From Mobula hypostoma (lineage: Eukaryota): a stretch of DNA of 64,000 nt. The notes under the pieces are model-generated. The model saw nothing but the letters and a program-made list of their open reading frames with translations. It was not told the DNA's origin and did no database searches. Where the stretch lies: the NCBI RefSeq assembly GCF_963921235.1, contig NC_086097.1, positions 164,736,001-164,800,000 of the forward strand, written 5' to 3'. Positions 1-13,744 of this stretch are shown piece by piece. How positions within the stretch are numbered: position 1 is the stretch's first letter; each line of letters opens with the position of its first letter. The position numbers and the translations under genes were made by a program.

Positions 1-1039
1 TTTATTGCTTTTCATGTGATCTAACCACATCTGCAAGGATTAAACTGCTACACATTTAACACAGGTCAATTGCATATGAATTAAAGTTCAAAATTCCTAT
101 GATTTATTATCATGGTATGGATATGTTAATTAATTAATCACATTGGATGTAAGACTTCCTGGATAATAGTCACTGAGGCAGATTATCATGTTTATCTTGC
201 GTACCGGTATGATTGAAACCTACATGAAGCAGGTGGATACTTCATACTGCCGTAGCGAGAGGTTGAAGATACTGAATTAATGTTCCTTTCGTGCCACTAG
301 GTTAGGAGATCAAGTCCCAGTGTAGAGATTAGAGCATCGTATTTCAGGCTGACTCTCCGCAGCACTCCCAAATGCGCGTTGCACTGTCAGCCAAGCCATT
401 ATCACACAAGACATTAAACTGAGTCTCTGCCTACTCGTTCAGCCATGCCCATCTAAGTTATTTCCATTTGTCTGCATTTGGCTCATAAAACCTTCCCAAT
501 CTGTGTGTCTGTCCAAATGTCATAGAGTTCTGATGTAGATTGCATCGACTTGCACCTTTTGCCTCCATAGATGCTGCTTAACCTGTTGAATTCTGTAAAC
601 ATTTTGTTTTAATTCAAGAGTCGAGCATACGCAGTCTCCCTTGTCATCTTTGTTGACTTCATTGTGTTTCTACACATAAAGAAAACATAACTTGCAATGA
701 TTAGTATTTTCCATTGGTAAGTTGACCCTTGAAATTAGAAAAGTGTTATTATTTGCAGCTAATTTTTTAAGTAAAATAAATCTTTACTGCCAACAAGTTT
801 AAAAACGAGTCAAAGAAAATACAGCCTTACTACTTGTTGCCTTGTACTAATTTATCTTGTAACTACCAACACCAGAAACGAAATGTGTTCATGTACTTCA
901 TTGACTTTTGCAAAATTCCCCTCACATTTTCAAACACAGTGGTCATTGTACATAACAATAATTAATGATATGTAAAGCATTGTTATGCAAATCTGATAAA
1001 TTAATTTATATGCTCCACTTGGACTTGTCAATTGATGTA

Positions 1040-1580
1040 GTGTTGTCACACATATCGAGGTACAGTGAAAAATCTTTTGTGCGCTGTCCGTTCATTACAC
1101 AGTGCATTGAGGGAGTACAAGGTAAAGCAATAACAGAATGCTGATTAAAATGTTACAGAAAGTGAAGTGCATGTAGGCAGTAAGGTGCAAGTTCACAAAA
1201 AGGTAGATTGTGAGGTCAAGATCCCATCTTATCATCTCAGGGAAACATTCAACGGTCTTATAACAGTACGTGCTTTCAGAATTTGTATTTTCTGCCCATA
1301 GGAGGGGGGAGAAGAGAGAATGTCTGGGGTGGGTGGGATCTTTGGCAGTCCACGTAGGGAAGACTGGTGTCTGTGAAGTGCTGAACTGTGTCCACAACTC
1401 TCTACAGTTTCTTGCAGTCATGGGCAGAGCAATTGCCATATTAAACTGCGATATCTCCGGATAGTATTCTTTCTATGGTGCATCGATTTTAAAAATTGGT
1501 GAGGGTCAAAGGGGACGTGCCAAATTTCCTTAGCCTGTTGAGGAAGTAGAGGCACTGCTGAGATTTCTTGAGCTTGCATC
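1040..1580 (-). mobile_element. Rex1/Babar-like LINE 3' fragment, degenerate
   Basis: Minus strand reads QQCLYFLNRLRKF and GNCSAHDCKKLQRVVDTVQ, typical of the Rex-Babar ORF2 C-terminus. Confidence 0.65.
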
Positions 1581-2130
1581 AACATAGTTATAGTTTAGAG
1601 TGTTTAGAGGTTTCTTTCTTATATTCCACATTATACCTGACTCATACTGAATATTATTGTTTCTATGGAGATAAACAATCCTCCATTACCTCATCATCAT
1701 TCTTCATAAACAAAAATGGGTCTGGATCTGGAAGACATCAGAGCCAAATGTGACTCTGTTCTCTGCACACACAAGGTGTTTTTGATCTGTTGGAGAGGAA
1801 TGAGCAGGGACTTGTATATTTCAGAAACACTGGTTTGGACTAGTTGCACTGAATCTTAGATATAATTATTCACCTCAGGACAAAAATAGGCTATCCGTCC
1901 CCTCAAGACTTTGCCTACTCTCCAGAGAACAATCCATTCTTCCCCATCTGATGCAATTTGCTCCCAGACAAATACATATCATTCTCTTGGGAACTTGCAA
2001 TTGACACCGCTTTTCAAGTAATTCATTTTGTGTCAGAACTACCACTGCACAAGTAAGCTTTTCCTCACGCTACTCATGGATCTTTTGCCAAACGGTGCAA
2101 AATTTTTATATAACTTTCTCCCTTCCACAG

Positions 2131-2298
2131 GCCAGAGAAAACCGAAGGATCCTAATTGCTCTGAAGTCTATTTTGGAAGAGTTTGGTGCTGAGCTTGGGG
2201 AGGAGGAGAAACGTCGCCATGACTTGCAACAACAGTATGTCAATGAAAAGGCTGCCTGGGAGATGGAATACACTGAGCAAAAATGTCAGCTGGCCCAG
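2131..2298 (+). CDS. SOGA1: SOGA1/MTCL2 internal coding exon (coiled coil), phase 0-0
   Basis: Acceptor ccttccacag|GCC, donor CAG|gtagat; 168 nt encoding ARENRRILIALKSILEEFGAELGEEEKRRHDLQQQYVNEKAAWEMEYTEQKCQLAQ, resembling the SOGA1 segment ...LQQQYASDKAAWDVEW...KCRLEQ as I recall it. Confidence 0.9.
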
Positions 2299-4137
2299 GT
2301 AGATGGCAATGTTCACATTGATCAGTATCTCAACTATGATGGGAAACCAGTTTACACTTCACTATGAGCGGCTATTTAGAGTCAGCTGTATGTTACATTC
2401 CCCAAAAATTAAGATATACTAAATTATAGTTAAAATGAACTACAGCTTTGAGGAATTTTGAAAAGCCATTACATCTTTGAAACTAGATTCCAGAGAAATG
2501 CTGGAGGAGCCATTTTCATTATCCCTGTTGAACATGCCTTTTGGACTCTGAAGGAGTCGGGTTGTCAAGCTAAAGGTCCATCATAGTCTCAGCCCAGATC
2601 CTTCTCTTTGAATCAACTACAACTCTTTCACTAGGGGTATGGTTATATATTCAGCAGTGTGTAACCCTAATGGATTACTTCCTTACTCACTTACTACTCT
2701 AATCTGGTTAACAAAAATTTTTAAGAAGTTAATGGAAGTGATACCCATTACAAGTCTTCAACTATGTAGATCAGATGGAAAGACCACATCAGAACCCAAC
2801 TGCAAGTTTAACATGGGACCTGAGTGAATTTTTCAATCCCACCAATCTACTTAACCACCTTGAAAGGTGGAAGAGATTTGGCTGTAGTTTTTAATAATTC
2901 TATTTATGAGCCCAGAAGAGCAAGCTTGTTCCTGTAAGTCGCACTTGGGACCTACAGGAACAGGCTCACCTGCTTTGGATTCTCCCTCCCATGGTCATTT
3001 TTATCTGGAAGTTGCCAAGCAGTTTGCGAGCTCTGCCTGGTCAATAAATGTGTCCAGCAGTTCAAAGGATCACTCCCCGGATAACTCACTAGTCAGCAGC
3101 CTCACCCAGGAATAAAATTGAACACTAATTATCACCAGCCCTAAAACATCATAGCCTTTATTTGTTCCTTCATGGATATGGTTTAATTTTCCTATATGTC
3201 TTTAAAATGAGCAGCTTGCAAGGGCCCTTCAGAGGACATACCATATTGAGAAGGGGAGTTATTTCCCCAAGATGTATTGGTGAATCATTGTTTAGTACAA
3301 TCTGATGGTTAAGAATTTTTCTTTTCTGACAGCAGCAGATTTATTTAGTTGTTGGGATTATTTCATTAATGGGATATGAACTGCTGTCAGATTGAAGTTC
3401 AAGTTTAATTCTCATTCAACCATACACATGAATATAGCCAAGCGAAACAGTGTTCCTCTGGGGCCGAGGTGCAAAACACAGAACCAACACACACAGCACA
3501 TTTTTACCAAAATCTGATAAATTCTCTCACCCTGCACCCAATTGTATTAAAAGAGGGAACCAAGGAAATAGTGAAAACACTGGTTGTCTTTTCTAAATTT
3601 CTATAGATTATGGAATATTTCCTCCAAAAGGAAGGATGAGGAAAAGGTGGAAGAGCCAACTGTTAGATTAAAAAAAATACTAGATTGTTATGAAGGGTAT
3701 AACTTAGAAAAGGTTATGAAAAGGGAAGTTGTATCTAACAAAACCACTGGAGTTATTCGAGGATGCAACTAGTAAATGGATAAAGGGGAACTATTGGGTG
3801 TGGTGTTTCTGGATTTTCATAACTTTAATAAGGGCCCACATAGGAGGTTAGAGTGCAAAATATGGATGTATACCTGCATGGATTGAAACTTGGCTGACAG
3901 ACAAGAAACAGTGTAGGAAACAATAGGGCTTTCTCAGAATGACAGACAGCAACTTGTCAGATACTTCAAGCATCAGTGCCAGGGACTTGAACAAGGGAAT
4001 CAAATATAATTCTTCTAAATGTGACAATACAAATCTGGATGGAACTGTGAGAATGATGAGGTGAGGCTTTGAGAAATTGTATGAGTGAATGACTAGATTA
4101 TGAAGTTACTTCAGAAGGAGAATCAAAGAAGTTGTAA

Positions 4138-4300
4138 CCACAAGAGATCCTGCAGTTGCTGGAATTTCAGAGCAACACACACAAAATGCTGGAGGAACTC
4201 AGCAGGTCAGGCAGCGTCTATGGAGAGGAATTAACAGTTGACATTTCGGCCTGAGACCCTTCATCAGAACTGTCAAGGAAGGGAGAAGAAGTTGGAATCA
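4138..4300 (-). mobile_element. Penelope-like element terminal segment
   Basis: Same family as the tail behind the GIY-YIG ORF at 19.4-20.1 kb (gctggaatttcagagcaacacacacaaaatgctgg...). Confidence 0.75.
4234..4273 (-). ncRNA. Minimal type I hammerhead ribozyme motif (Penelope type)
   Basis: Minus strand ACAGTT-CTGATGA-AGGGTCTCAGGCC-GAAA-TGTC-AACTGT: 6-bp stem I, CUGAUGA and GAAA boxes, GUC triplet. Confidence 0.6.
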
Positions 4301-5108
4301 AAAAGCGGATATTGTTTAGGTGATGAGGTATTGGGGTTACCTTGTATACCACTAAAAGCAAACTTGCAGGTGAATGAAGCTTAAGATGGCAAATGGTATA
4401 TTGGTCTTTATTGCAAGAGGTTTTGAAGTCAAGAGGAAGAGTATCTTATTGTAGAGTTATTCCAGGCCTTATGTGGCCACATTATATGCAGTTTTGATCT
4501 TCTTACATCAGAAAGTATGAGGGAATGAGACAAAGCTTCTCAAGACTGACTCCAGGGATGCTGGGACTGTTGTGTGAGGAAACTAGGCTGTACTCAGTAA
4601 AGCAGAAAAATGGGAAGGATCTCTTTGAAAAGTACAAAATTCTGACAGGACTCGTCACACTGTATTCGGAGGAGAGATTGGCTGGGGCAACTAAAATGGG
4701 GAAGTAAACTGAAAGTATGGGGTAAAGTATTTAGGACTTAAATGAAGAGAACTTCTTTCATTCAGAGGGTGCTGAACTTGTAGAATTCTCTACCTTTAGA
4801 AGGCTGTAGAGGCCACATCATACTTAAGAAAGAAGTAGATAGATTTGTAGACACAAAAGGCATCAGAGTCTACGGGGAGAGAGTGAGAACATGGTATTAA
4901 GATAATCGATCAACTATGATCATATTGAAAGGTGGAGCAGCTTGGAAGGGCCAAATAGACTACTCCTGCTCTTATTTTCTATGTTTCTAAATTTCTGGTA
5001 AAACTAGGCACATTAGTTTTATTGAATCTCTTGTTAAGATTTGAAGAAGTGTTTCAGTGCTTACCAATGTTACTTGCAGAATCTGAAATCTGCACTTTCT
5101 TGTAACAG

Positions 5109-5363
5109 TTTGAAAAAAAGATTGGGAAACAGTCTTCCAGCAAGAAGGGCTCCGGTGATCCCAAAGATGTGTTCACGCGGGAGCGGGAGGAGCACCGCAA
5201 GCTGCTGGCGGACACTCACAGTCAGGTCATGGATCTGCACTGGCAGCTGCAGCAGTCCGAGAAGAAGTGGAAGCGAGAGAAGGAGGAGCTGCTGGAGAAG
5301 TTTGACCGAGAGGAGCGAGAGTGGAAAAGCAAGACTATGGAACTACAGAGCAAGCTGGAACAG
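5109..5363 (+). CDS. SOGA1: SOGA1/MTCL2 internal coding exon (coiled coil), phase 0-0
   Basis: tgtaacag|TTT...GAACAG|gtaggt; 255 nt encoding FEKKIGK...EREEHRKLLADTHSQVMDLHWQLQQSEKKWKREKEELLEKFDREEREW...LEQ, matching the SOGA-family motif ERE.H.KLLADSH..VMDL.WQ. Confidence 0.92.
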
Positions 5364-6035
5364 GTAGGTAATGTCAAGTGGCACGTGGAGAGGCGGAAAT
5401 CATGCTGTACAGGTTCATGGACCCATAGCTGAAGAACATTGATGTTACACTGAAGGAGAATGCATTGGCTCCCGAAGTCTGGCATGTTCATTGGTGCAGT
5501 TCAAAGTGGATTAGTGCATGTCCTTGTTCATGGAGGATAGATAATAATAGTTTACAATGAACAAACCATTGAAATAGCATCTATCATGGAATTACAGAAT
5601 GGTTACAGCATGGAAGGCAATTAATCTGCCTTTTCAGTTCATCTGAGCTCCATGTTAGAACAATCAACTGGTGTCATTCTCCTGCCCTCGTTCTGTAGTT
5701 TTTAAATTTCTTCTTGTAAAAGTCTAGCATAGCACCGAGATGCAGAGGAGTGGGGGAAATTCATATTCAAATTGTCTTGAGTACATTCCTGGCCTGTGAA
5801 TTAGAAGTGGTCGTAGACAAAGACGGAGAAACAATATGTAGATGAAAGCAGCAAAAATAAACTGGAGATTGAAGTTAACAAGGAACCAGATGACTTCCGG
5901 AGCACCATATGCTGTGGGAGCATATGCCTAACATTTGGCTCATACCTGTTGGATTTGCAAGTGTAACTCATCACATGGAGGTCACAAAACAGATCTAACA
6001 CCCCCACATCCCTCCCCCCATAAATATGGCGTGCG

Positions 6036-6038
<3 letters not shown>

Positions 6039-6091
<53 letters not shown>

Positions 6092-6105
6092 CACTCATAC
6101 ACTTA

Positions 6106-6139
<34 letters not shown>

Positions 6140-6176
6140 CACTCATACACTTACACACACACACACACACACTCAT
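6039..6176. repeat. Compound (CA)n microsatellite
   Basis: CA runs interrupted twice by the same spacer ctcacactcactcatacactta. Confidence 0.95.
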
Positions 6177-8409
6177 ATAAAGTGCATTCATATCAAGGCT
6201 GGGCTTATCATTCTTAAAGTTAATATGGAAGCACAAACTGTGTAAAACTAATATAAAACCACAGAATCTTTGTTCTTTAATTTATGGCCAGTATTTTGCT
6301 TCAAATTGCAACATGTAGGTTAAGAATGGATGATTCATCTTCAACGAAGGCAAGAATTCTGGAACTCTGCAGATGATGAAGGTCACTGAAATGTTAATCA
6401 AGCATTTCCTTTGTCAGTTGCTGACTAACCTGGAGATTGTTTCCAATAATTCTGCATTCACATTTTTACTTTGAAATTTGACTCATCTTAAGATCTTTAG
6501 AGACTAAATCTTTGCAGCTGATAGATTCCTGAAAATTGGTAATTTTGGGCATACTAAGCAGTGAATTTGTGCTGGGGGAAGAAATATGAAAATGCAGAGG
6601 CAGGTTCAATTGTCAGCTAGGAATGTGAAAAATCTTGGTTTTCGGAGACTCAGCATTGCTTTAGAATGTGCCTGGAAACATCTGTGAATGCCTGTTCTCA
6701 CATTTGTGAAAGTATTATAAAAACCTCTAGAAGTACAATGACCTTCCTTTAAAGATATTTTTTAAAGAGCTATTGATGAAAAATACAATGAACAGTTTTC
6801 TGGTTTCCAGTATCGGTTTTGCATTGTCTAGAAATGGAACAGTGTTGTAATCATGTACAGTTACTCCACAGTCAACTTCCTGTTTTATTAGTCTTTGAGG
6901 AGGAAATAATGTCTCCTGTGCTTCAGTACTTTGCAAATCTCTTTTCGATAAACAGTTATAATATATTTTGACTGGCTCCTCTTCTTACACTGACAGCTGG
7001 GAGACTGAGGAAAGCCAATTATTTTTACTGAAGGGGGATTATACTTATGTAGTTGGGGGAAGGGATTATTTCAAGGATAACTGAACGGTAAATGAAAAAT
7101 AAAGTTCAAAGTGATCTTCCTCCATGAAACAATCAGCAGTATATGAAGCTCCTTAGCCTTAGCATACTGCAGTCTGTTATTGTGTTGTGCCAGAACCCTA
7201 TGCCACAAGGCAAAGTCTCATGGGATGCTTTACAGAGTTGGTTGTCGATTGATGCTCGCCATGTTTAATTGTGTTACTACCCATCCTCTGAACAGCTGGG
7301 AGTTGTTCAGAGTAGTGTCATGGTGTAGCCGGACCACTGAGGTTTGAAACTCTGTCAATTTTCTCTACTGTTTGCTGATTGCTTCAGTTCACATGTTAAG
7401 AGTTGGGCAGGAGTTGGACATGGTTAGCCTTGCTGCGTATGAAACTAATTAATGCTACTGAAAAAGATTATTATTGAGTCATTGATACTGATGGCACATA
7501 AGGAGGCCAGTTGACTCAAGCCAGCTATAAAAGAGCTAATCCCATCATCTGCCTCTCGATCTATAATGAGGAGCTCATTTAAATACTTCATTAAATTAAT
7601 TCACGTAACTGCTATATTTCTGTCAAGAGGTTTCTGCTTGCAGCCTTGATGTTTTACGTGGTGCTGTTAGTGCATTGCTTTCTGACAAGTTGAACCATCA
7701 CAAAGCAGCAACGCTGTGGGCTGAATTGCTCCATTCTTCTCAGCCATTCCCTCCAGAATTTTGGTCTTTTACAGAAGACAAAAGCATAAATAAGCATATG
7801 TCTGAGAAATGAAAGGTGGACTTGGTCTAATACTTCTCTGATCTTTCTGTATGCAAACTCTTGGCAATCCCTTTTTGTTTAGGGGCACACCGTAATTGAG
7901 ATGTAAGCTCCCTGTTTTCGGTCTTTTAGGTACAGAGAATAGGAACAATTCCCTAATGTACTTTTCAACAAAAAAGATAAGGCTTGATTTAAAATAAAGG
8001 TTTCCTTTTACCCTTTAAATTGGTTCCATGCCTCTCATTTGGACACTTGCTTCAACTAGTCTAAAGCTAAAACAGTGTTTGCACATTCCATCAACAATAC
8101 TGCAACAATACTGATAAAGTATGTAACATACTCTGCTGCAGTTTCCAGAAGTGAAAGCAGAGCAGTATTTTGCTTCATACAAGTGACCAGTGTAAAATCA
8201 ATGAAGGAATGGGATAAAGTGGGTGGAAAGGTGGGGAGGCTGTTACTTATATGAAATGCTTACTGCCTTGTACTTCACACATTGCATACAAGCAACAACT
8301 GTTTGTAACAATCTTGCCCTTGGCTCAGAAAACACCAGATTCAAGTTGCACTATGGAGAATTGATGACGAAAGTCTGGACCGACAAAGCTGCTCTCCAGC
8401 AGTGCTACT

Positions 8410-11400
8410 CTGGGGCCATTTCGTCTATTAAGTTTGCTCTGCCATTTCATCATGACTGATCCAGTTTTCCTCTCAACCCCAATTTCCTGCCTTCTCCTCT
8501 TATCCCTTCATGCCCTGACTAATCAACAATCTATCAACCTCTGCCTTAAATAAACGTAAAGACTTGGCCTCCACAGCTGCATGTGACAAAGAATTCCACA
8601 GATTCACCGCTCTGTGGCTCAAGAAATTCCTCCTCATCTCGGTTCTAAAAGGACACTCCTTTATTCTGAGGTTGTTTCCTCTGATCTTACTCTCTCCCAG
8701 CAAGGGAAACATCCTCTCCACTTCCACTCTATCAAGACCTTTCACCGTTCGATATATTTCAATGAGGTCACCCCTCATTCTTTTGAATTTGAGTGAATAC
8801 AGGCCCAGAGCCATCAAATGCTCTTCATATGACAAGCCACTCAATCCTAGAATAATTTTAGTGAACCTCCTTTGTAACCCTCTCCAGTTTCAACACATTG
8901 GTTCTAAGATAAGGGGCCCAAACCTGCCCACACTACTCCAAGTGAGGCCTCACTAGTGCTTTATGAAGTCTCAACATTACATCTTTGCTTTTATATTCTA
9001 GTCCTCTTGAAATGAATAAATGCTAATTTGCCTTCCTCACCACAGACTCAAGCTGCAAATTAATCTTTTTGGAATACTGCACAAGGATTCCCAAGTCCCT
9101 TTGCAGTTCAGTTTTTCGTATTTTTCTCAACTTAGAAAATAGTCAAACCTTTTATTCCTTTCCAAAGTGCATGACCCTACACTTCACAACACTGTCAATT
9201 CTTTGCCCATTCTCCTGATCTGTCTGTCCTTCTGTAGTCTTTTTACTTCCTCAGAACTACCTGCACCTCCAGCTATTTCATATTGTCTGCAAACTTTGCA
9301 ACAAAGCCATCAATTCCATCATCCAAATCATTGACATATAATGTAAAAAGAATCAATCCCAACACAGACCCCTGTGGAACACCGCTAGTCACCAGCAGCC
9401 AACCAGAAAAGACTCCCTGTATTCCCACTCTTTTCTTCCTGCCAAGCAGCCTCATATGTGGCACCTTGTCAAAGGCCTTCTGAAAATCCAAGTACACAAC
9501 AGCAACCTATTCTTCTGCTTGTTATTTCTTCAATGAATTCCAACAGATTGTCAGGCAAGATTTTCCCTTGAGGAATCCATGCTGACTACAGCCTATTTTA
9601 TCATGTGCCTCTGGGTACCCTGAGATCTCATCCTTAGTAAACGACTCCAACATCTTCCCAACCATGGTGTTTCATCTGCCTCTCACTTCTTGACATTTGC
9701 AATTTTCCATCCTTCCGGAAACATTCCAAAATCTCATGATTCTTGAAAGATCATTACTAATGCCTCTACAATCCTTTCAGCCACCTCTTTCAGAACCCTG
9801 TTGTGTACACCATCTATTCCAGGTGACTTATCTTCAGAACTTTCAGTTTCCCAAGAAACTTCTCTCTAGTTATGGTAACTTCACACACTTCATGACCTCT
9901 GACACCTGGAATTTCTACCATTCTGCGAGAGTCTTCCACAGTGAAGACTGATGCAAAATACTTATTCGGTTCATCCACTATTTCATTGCCCCTGTTACTA
10001 CCTCTCCAGCATCATTTTCCCATGGTCTGATATCGACTCTCGCCTCTCTTTTACACCTTAAGTACCTGAAGAAACTTTTGATATCCTCTTTAATATTATC
10101 GGCTGGTTTACTTTTGTATTCTATCTTTACCTTCTTATTCACTTTTTAAGTTGCCTTCTGTTGGTGTTTAAAAGCTTTCCAATCCTCCAACTTCCCACTA
10201 ATTTTTGCTCTATTTTATGTCCTGTCTTTGGGTTTTATGTTGGCTGTGATTTCTCTCGTTAGCCATGGTTTTTTCACCATTCCTTTAGAATACTTCTTCT
10301 TCTTTGAGATATATATCTCCTGTGCCTTCCAGTTTATTTCCAGAACTGCCAGCCATTGCTGTTTTGCTGTCATCCTGCCCAGTGTTCTTTCCTGATCAAT
10401 TCTGGCCAACTCCTTTCTCATGCCTCTGCAGTTCCTTTCACTTCACTGTAATACTGATACATTTGATATTAACTTCTGCTTCTCAAATTTTATTCTCATA
10501 TTATGATCATTTTCCCCTAATGCTTCTTTCACCTTAAGCTCTCTAATCAATTCTCATTCAGTGCACAACACCCAATCCAGAATTGCTGATCCCCTCGTGG
10601 TTTCAACCATGAGCTGTTCTAAAAAGCCATCTTGTAGGCACTCTAGAAATTCATGACTATTGTAACATTGCCCTTTAGGCATGAATTTTCTATTCCTCAT
10701 TGTAATTAGTAGGCCATATCCTTACTACTGTTTGGGGCTCTGTATAAAACTCCCATCTGCGTCTTTTTACCCTTGCAGTTCTTCGGTTCTATCCACAATG
10801 ATTTAACGTCTTCCAACCCTATGTCACCACTTTCTAATGATTTGGTTTCATTTATTACCAACAAAGCAACACTGCACCCTCTGCCTTCCCGCATTTCCTT
10901 TCGATACAATTTGTACCCGTGGACATTAAGCTCCCAAATATAATCTTCTTTCAGCCATGATTCAGTGATGCCTACCAGATCATACCTGTCAATCTGCAAC
11001 TGTGCTGCAAGTTCATATTCCTTATTCTGCATACTGTAAGCATTCAAATATAACACCTTAAGTCCTGTATTCACTCTTTTCAATTTTGTCCTCCTTTTAC
11101 ATTGCAACTCATCCTGGTGACTGCAATTTTGTCACATCAACAGCCTCTTCTCACTACACATTGCTTCTGCTTGTAATCCAGCTTCCCCACTTTCAGCACA
11201 ATTATCTGCCTTTCCCACGATACTTCTTGCATTGAAATATAGGCAGCTCAGGATACTAAATGCACCATACTCAATCTTTTGATTCCTGGCTTTGTCTGAG
11301 GTCTTACCAACATCTACCTTCACAACCTCTCCACTAACTGTTCTGGTGCTCTGGTTCCCACCCCCCAGCAACTCTAGTTTAAACCCCACCATGCAGCATT

Positions 11401-13430
11401 AACCAACCTTCCCACTAGGATATTAGTTCTCCTCCAGTTCAAGTGCAAATCGACCCTTCTGTACAGGTCCCACCTTCCCTCGAAGAGAGCCCAATGATCC
11501 AAAAATCTTATGTCTTCCCTCCTACACCAACTCATTAGCTATGTGTTGAACTTCCTAGTTCTGGCCTCACTTGCACGTGGCACGGGCAGCAATCCTGAGA
11601 TCACAGCCCTGGAGGTCTTACCCTTTAACCTAGCACCCAGCTCCTTGAACTTCCTCTGCAGAACCCCATCATTCATCCCACCCATGTTATTGTTACCTAC
11701 ATAGCTGGAAGCCGTGGTCCATTCACCCTCCCACTTAAGAATGCTGAGGACTGGATCCAAAATATCCCGGACCCTGGTAGCTGGTAGACAACGTACCCTG
11801 CGAGAATCACGTTATCGCCCAGAGATTCTCCTGTCCATTCCCCTAAGTAACGAATCCCCTATTCACCACATCATGCCTTTTCTCCCCCCCTCCCCCGCTT
11901 CCCTTCTCAGTTACAGAGGCAGACTCAGTGCCAGAGACCCAACCACTGTGACTTTCCTCTGTTAGATCATCCTCCCTGACAATCTGATGACAGAAAGGTT
12001 GGGAGTGTTCTGGATAGTATGGAGGGTTGTCAGAGAGTACAGTGGGACATTGATAGGATGCAGAACTGGGCTGAGAAGTGGCAGATGGACTTCAAACCAG
12101 ACAAATATGAAGTAGTTCATTTTGGTAGGTTCAGTTTGAAGACAGAATATAATATAAATGGTAAGTCTCTTGGCAGTGTGGAGGATCAGTGATCTTGGGG
12201 TCCATGTCGATAGGACACTCAAGGCTGCTGCGCAGGTTGACAGTCTTGTTAAGAAGGCGTATGGTGTGTTGGCATTCATTAACCGTGGGATTGAGTTCAA
12301 GAGCTGTGTGGTAATGTTACAGCTATACAAGACCTTGGTCAGGCCCCACTTGTAATACTGTGTTCAGTTCTGGTCACCTCACTACAGGGAGGATGTGGAT
12401 ACTATAGAGAGAGTGCAGAGGAGATTTACAAGGATGTTGCCTGGATTGGAGGGCATACCTTATGAGAATAGGTTGAGTGTACTTGGCCTTTTCTTCTTGG
12501 AGTGACGGAGGATGAGCGGTGACCTGATAGATGTGTATAAGAAGATGAGGGGCATTGATCGTGTGGATAGCCAAAGGCCTTTTCCCAGGCTGAAATGGCT
12601 AACACGAGGGGGCATAGTTTTAAAGTGCTTGGAAGTAAGTACAGAGGGGATGTTAGGAGTAAGTTTTTCACACAGAGAGTGGTGGGTGCATGGAATGTAT
12701 TGCCGGCGGAGGTAGTGGAAGCGGATACAATGGGGTCTTTTAAGAGCCTCTTAGATAAGTACAAGGAGCTTAGGAAAATAGAGGGCTATGCACTAGGGAA
12801 ATTCTAGGCAGTTTCTAGAGTAGGTTACATGGTCGGCACAACATTGTGGGCTGAAGGGCCTGTAATGTGCTGTCGATTTCTATGTTCCATCTACTAATAT
12901 TCAAAGTGATACACCTGTTGTTGAGGGGGATAGCCACAGGGGTACTCTGCACTGGCTTCTTAACCCCTTTCCCCTTCCTGACTGTCACCCAGTCTCCCAT
13001 ATCCTGCACCTTGGGTGTAACTACCTCTCAAAATGACCTATCTATCACCTTTTCAGCCTTCCGAATGATTCGAAGTTCATCCAGTTCCAACTCCAACTCC
13101 TTAACGCAGATTATTAGAAGCTGCAGCTAGCTGCCCTTCTCGAAGTTGTAGTCGTCAGGGACACTGGAATTCTCCCTGCCTTCCCACGTCTCGCACGAGG
13201 AACATTTCACTCTCCTGCCTGACATCTCTACTGTCCTACCTGAGCTGATATAAAGAAAGGAAGGGGGGAAAATACTTAACCTAGAGCTTTACTTTTCCTT
13301 TCTCTGACTGAAGCCTCTCTTCATTGAAGCCTCAAAGAGCTAAAGGCTCAAGATCACCATTCTGACTCTGTCCACTCAGACGATGGCCGCTGCATTTGCC
13401 TCTGCCTTCCTTTAATTTGCTCTTGCTAAT
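8410..13430 (-). mobile_element. Near full-length but decayed CR1 LINE (ORF1 esterase-like, ORF2 endonuclease and RT)
   Basis: ORF1 remnants WVTVRKGKG and VISGLLPVPRAS; endonuclease YLNAYS...[37 protein letters not shown]-terminus RGDLIE...LWNSL; split by the insertion at 11985-12893. Confidence 0.88.
11985..12893 (+). mobile_element. 5'-truncated CR1 inserted antisense into ORF1 of the larger CR1
   Basis: RT C-terminus (KKAYGVLAFINRGIEFKS, FFTQRVVGAWNVLP) and 3' UTR ggcacaacattgtgggctgaagggcctgt...ttctatgttc; host sequence resumes after it. Confidence 0.88.
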
Positions 13431-13744
13431 CGCAAGTGCTGATAGTCGCTGATCAAAGCTCTTTCTCGCTGTAGTGACAAGCTGCTGCCTTTTGTGCTCA
13501 GGCAGTGGATCTGATTGAAGTCCCATCCTCTCAAAACCTCCAATGTCTAGACTGGGCACTGGTCAAAACTCTTATTCGCTAAATTTTTAGCTCTTTTTGA
13601 GCTAAATTTTAAGAAAGTGGTAAAGATAATCCATAAGACATTGGGGGAGAATTCTAACGTTTGTGATGTTGACAGCTGAAGTCACATCATCAGTGGTGAA
13701 ATGACTACATACAGAAGAAGTTTGAGGGCACAGATATCCCAAAG

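Larger units (their letters stand above)
3700..4990 (+). mobile_element. Old degenerate CR1 LINE (RT to 3' UTR), interrupted by a Penelope-derived segment
   Basis: Remnants such as VVFLDF and LNL*NSLP, and the CR1 tail gggccaaatagactactcctgctcttattttctatgtttcta. Confidence 0.7.

Noticed and set aside
5801..6236. His-Thr and Val-Cys repeat ORFs
   Set aside because: They are artefacts of the (CA)n microsatellite.
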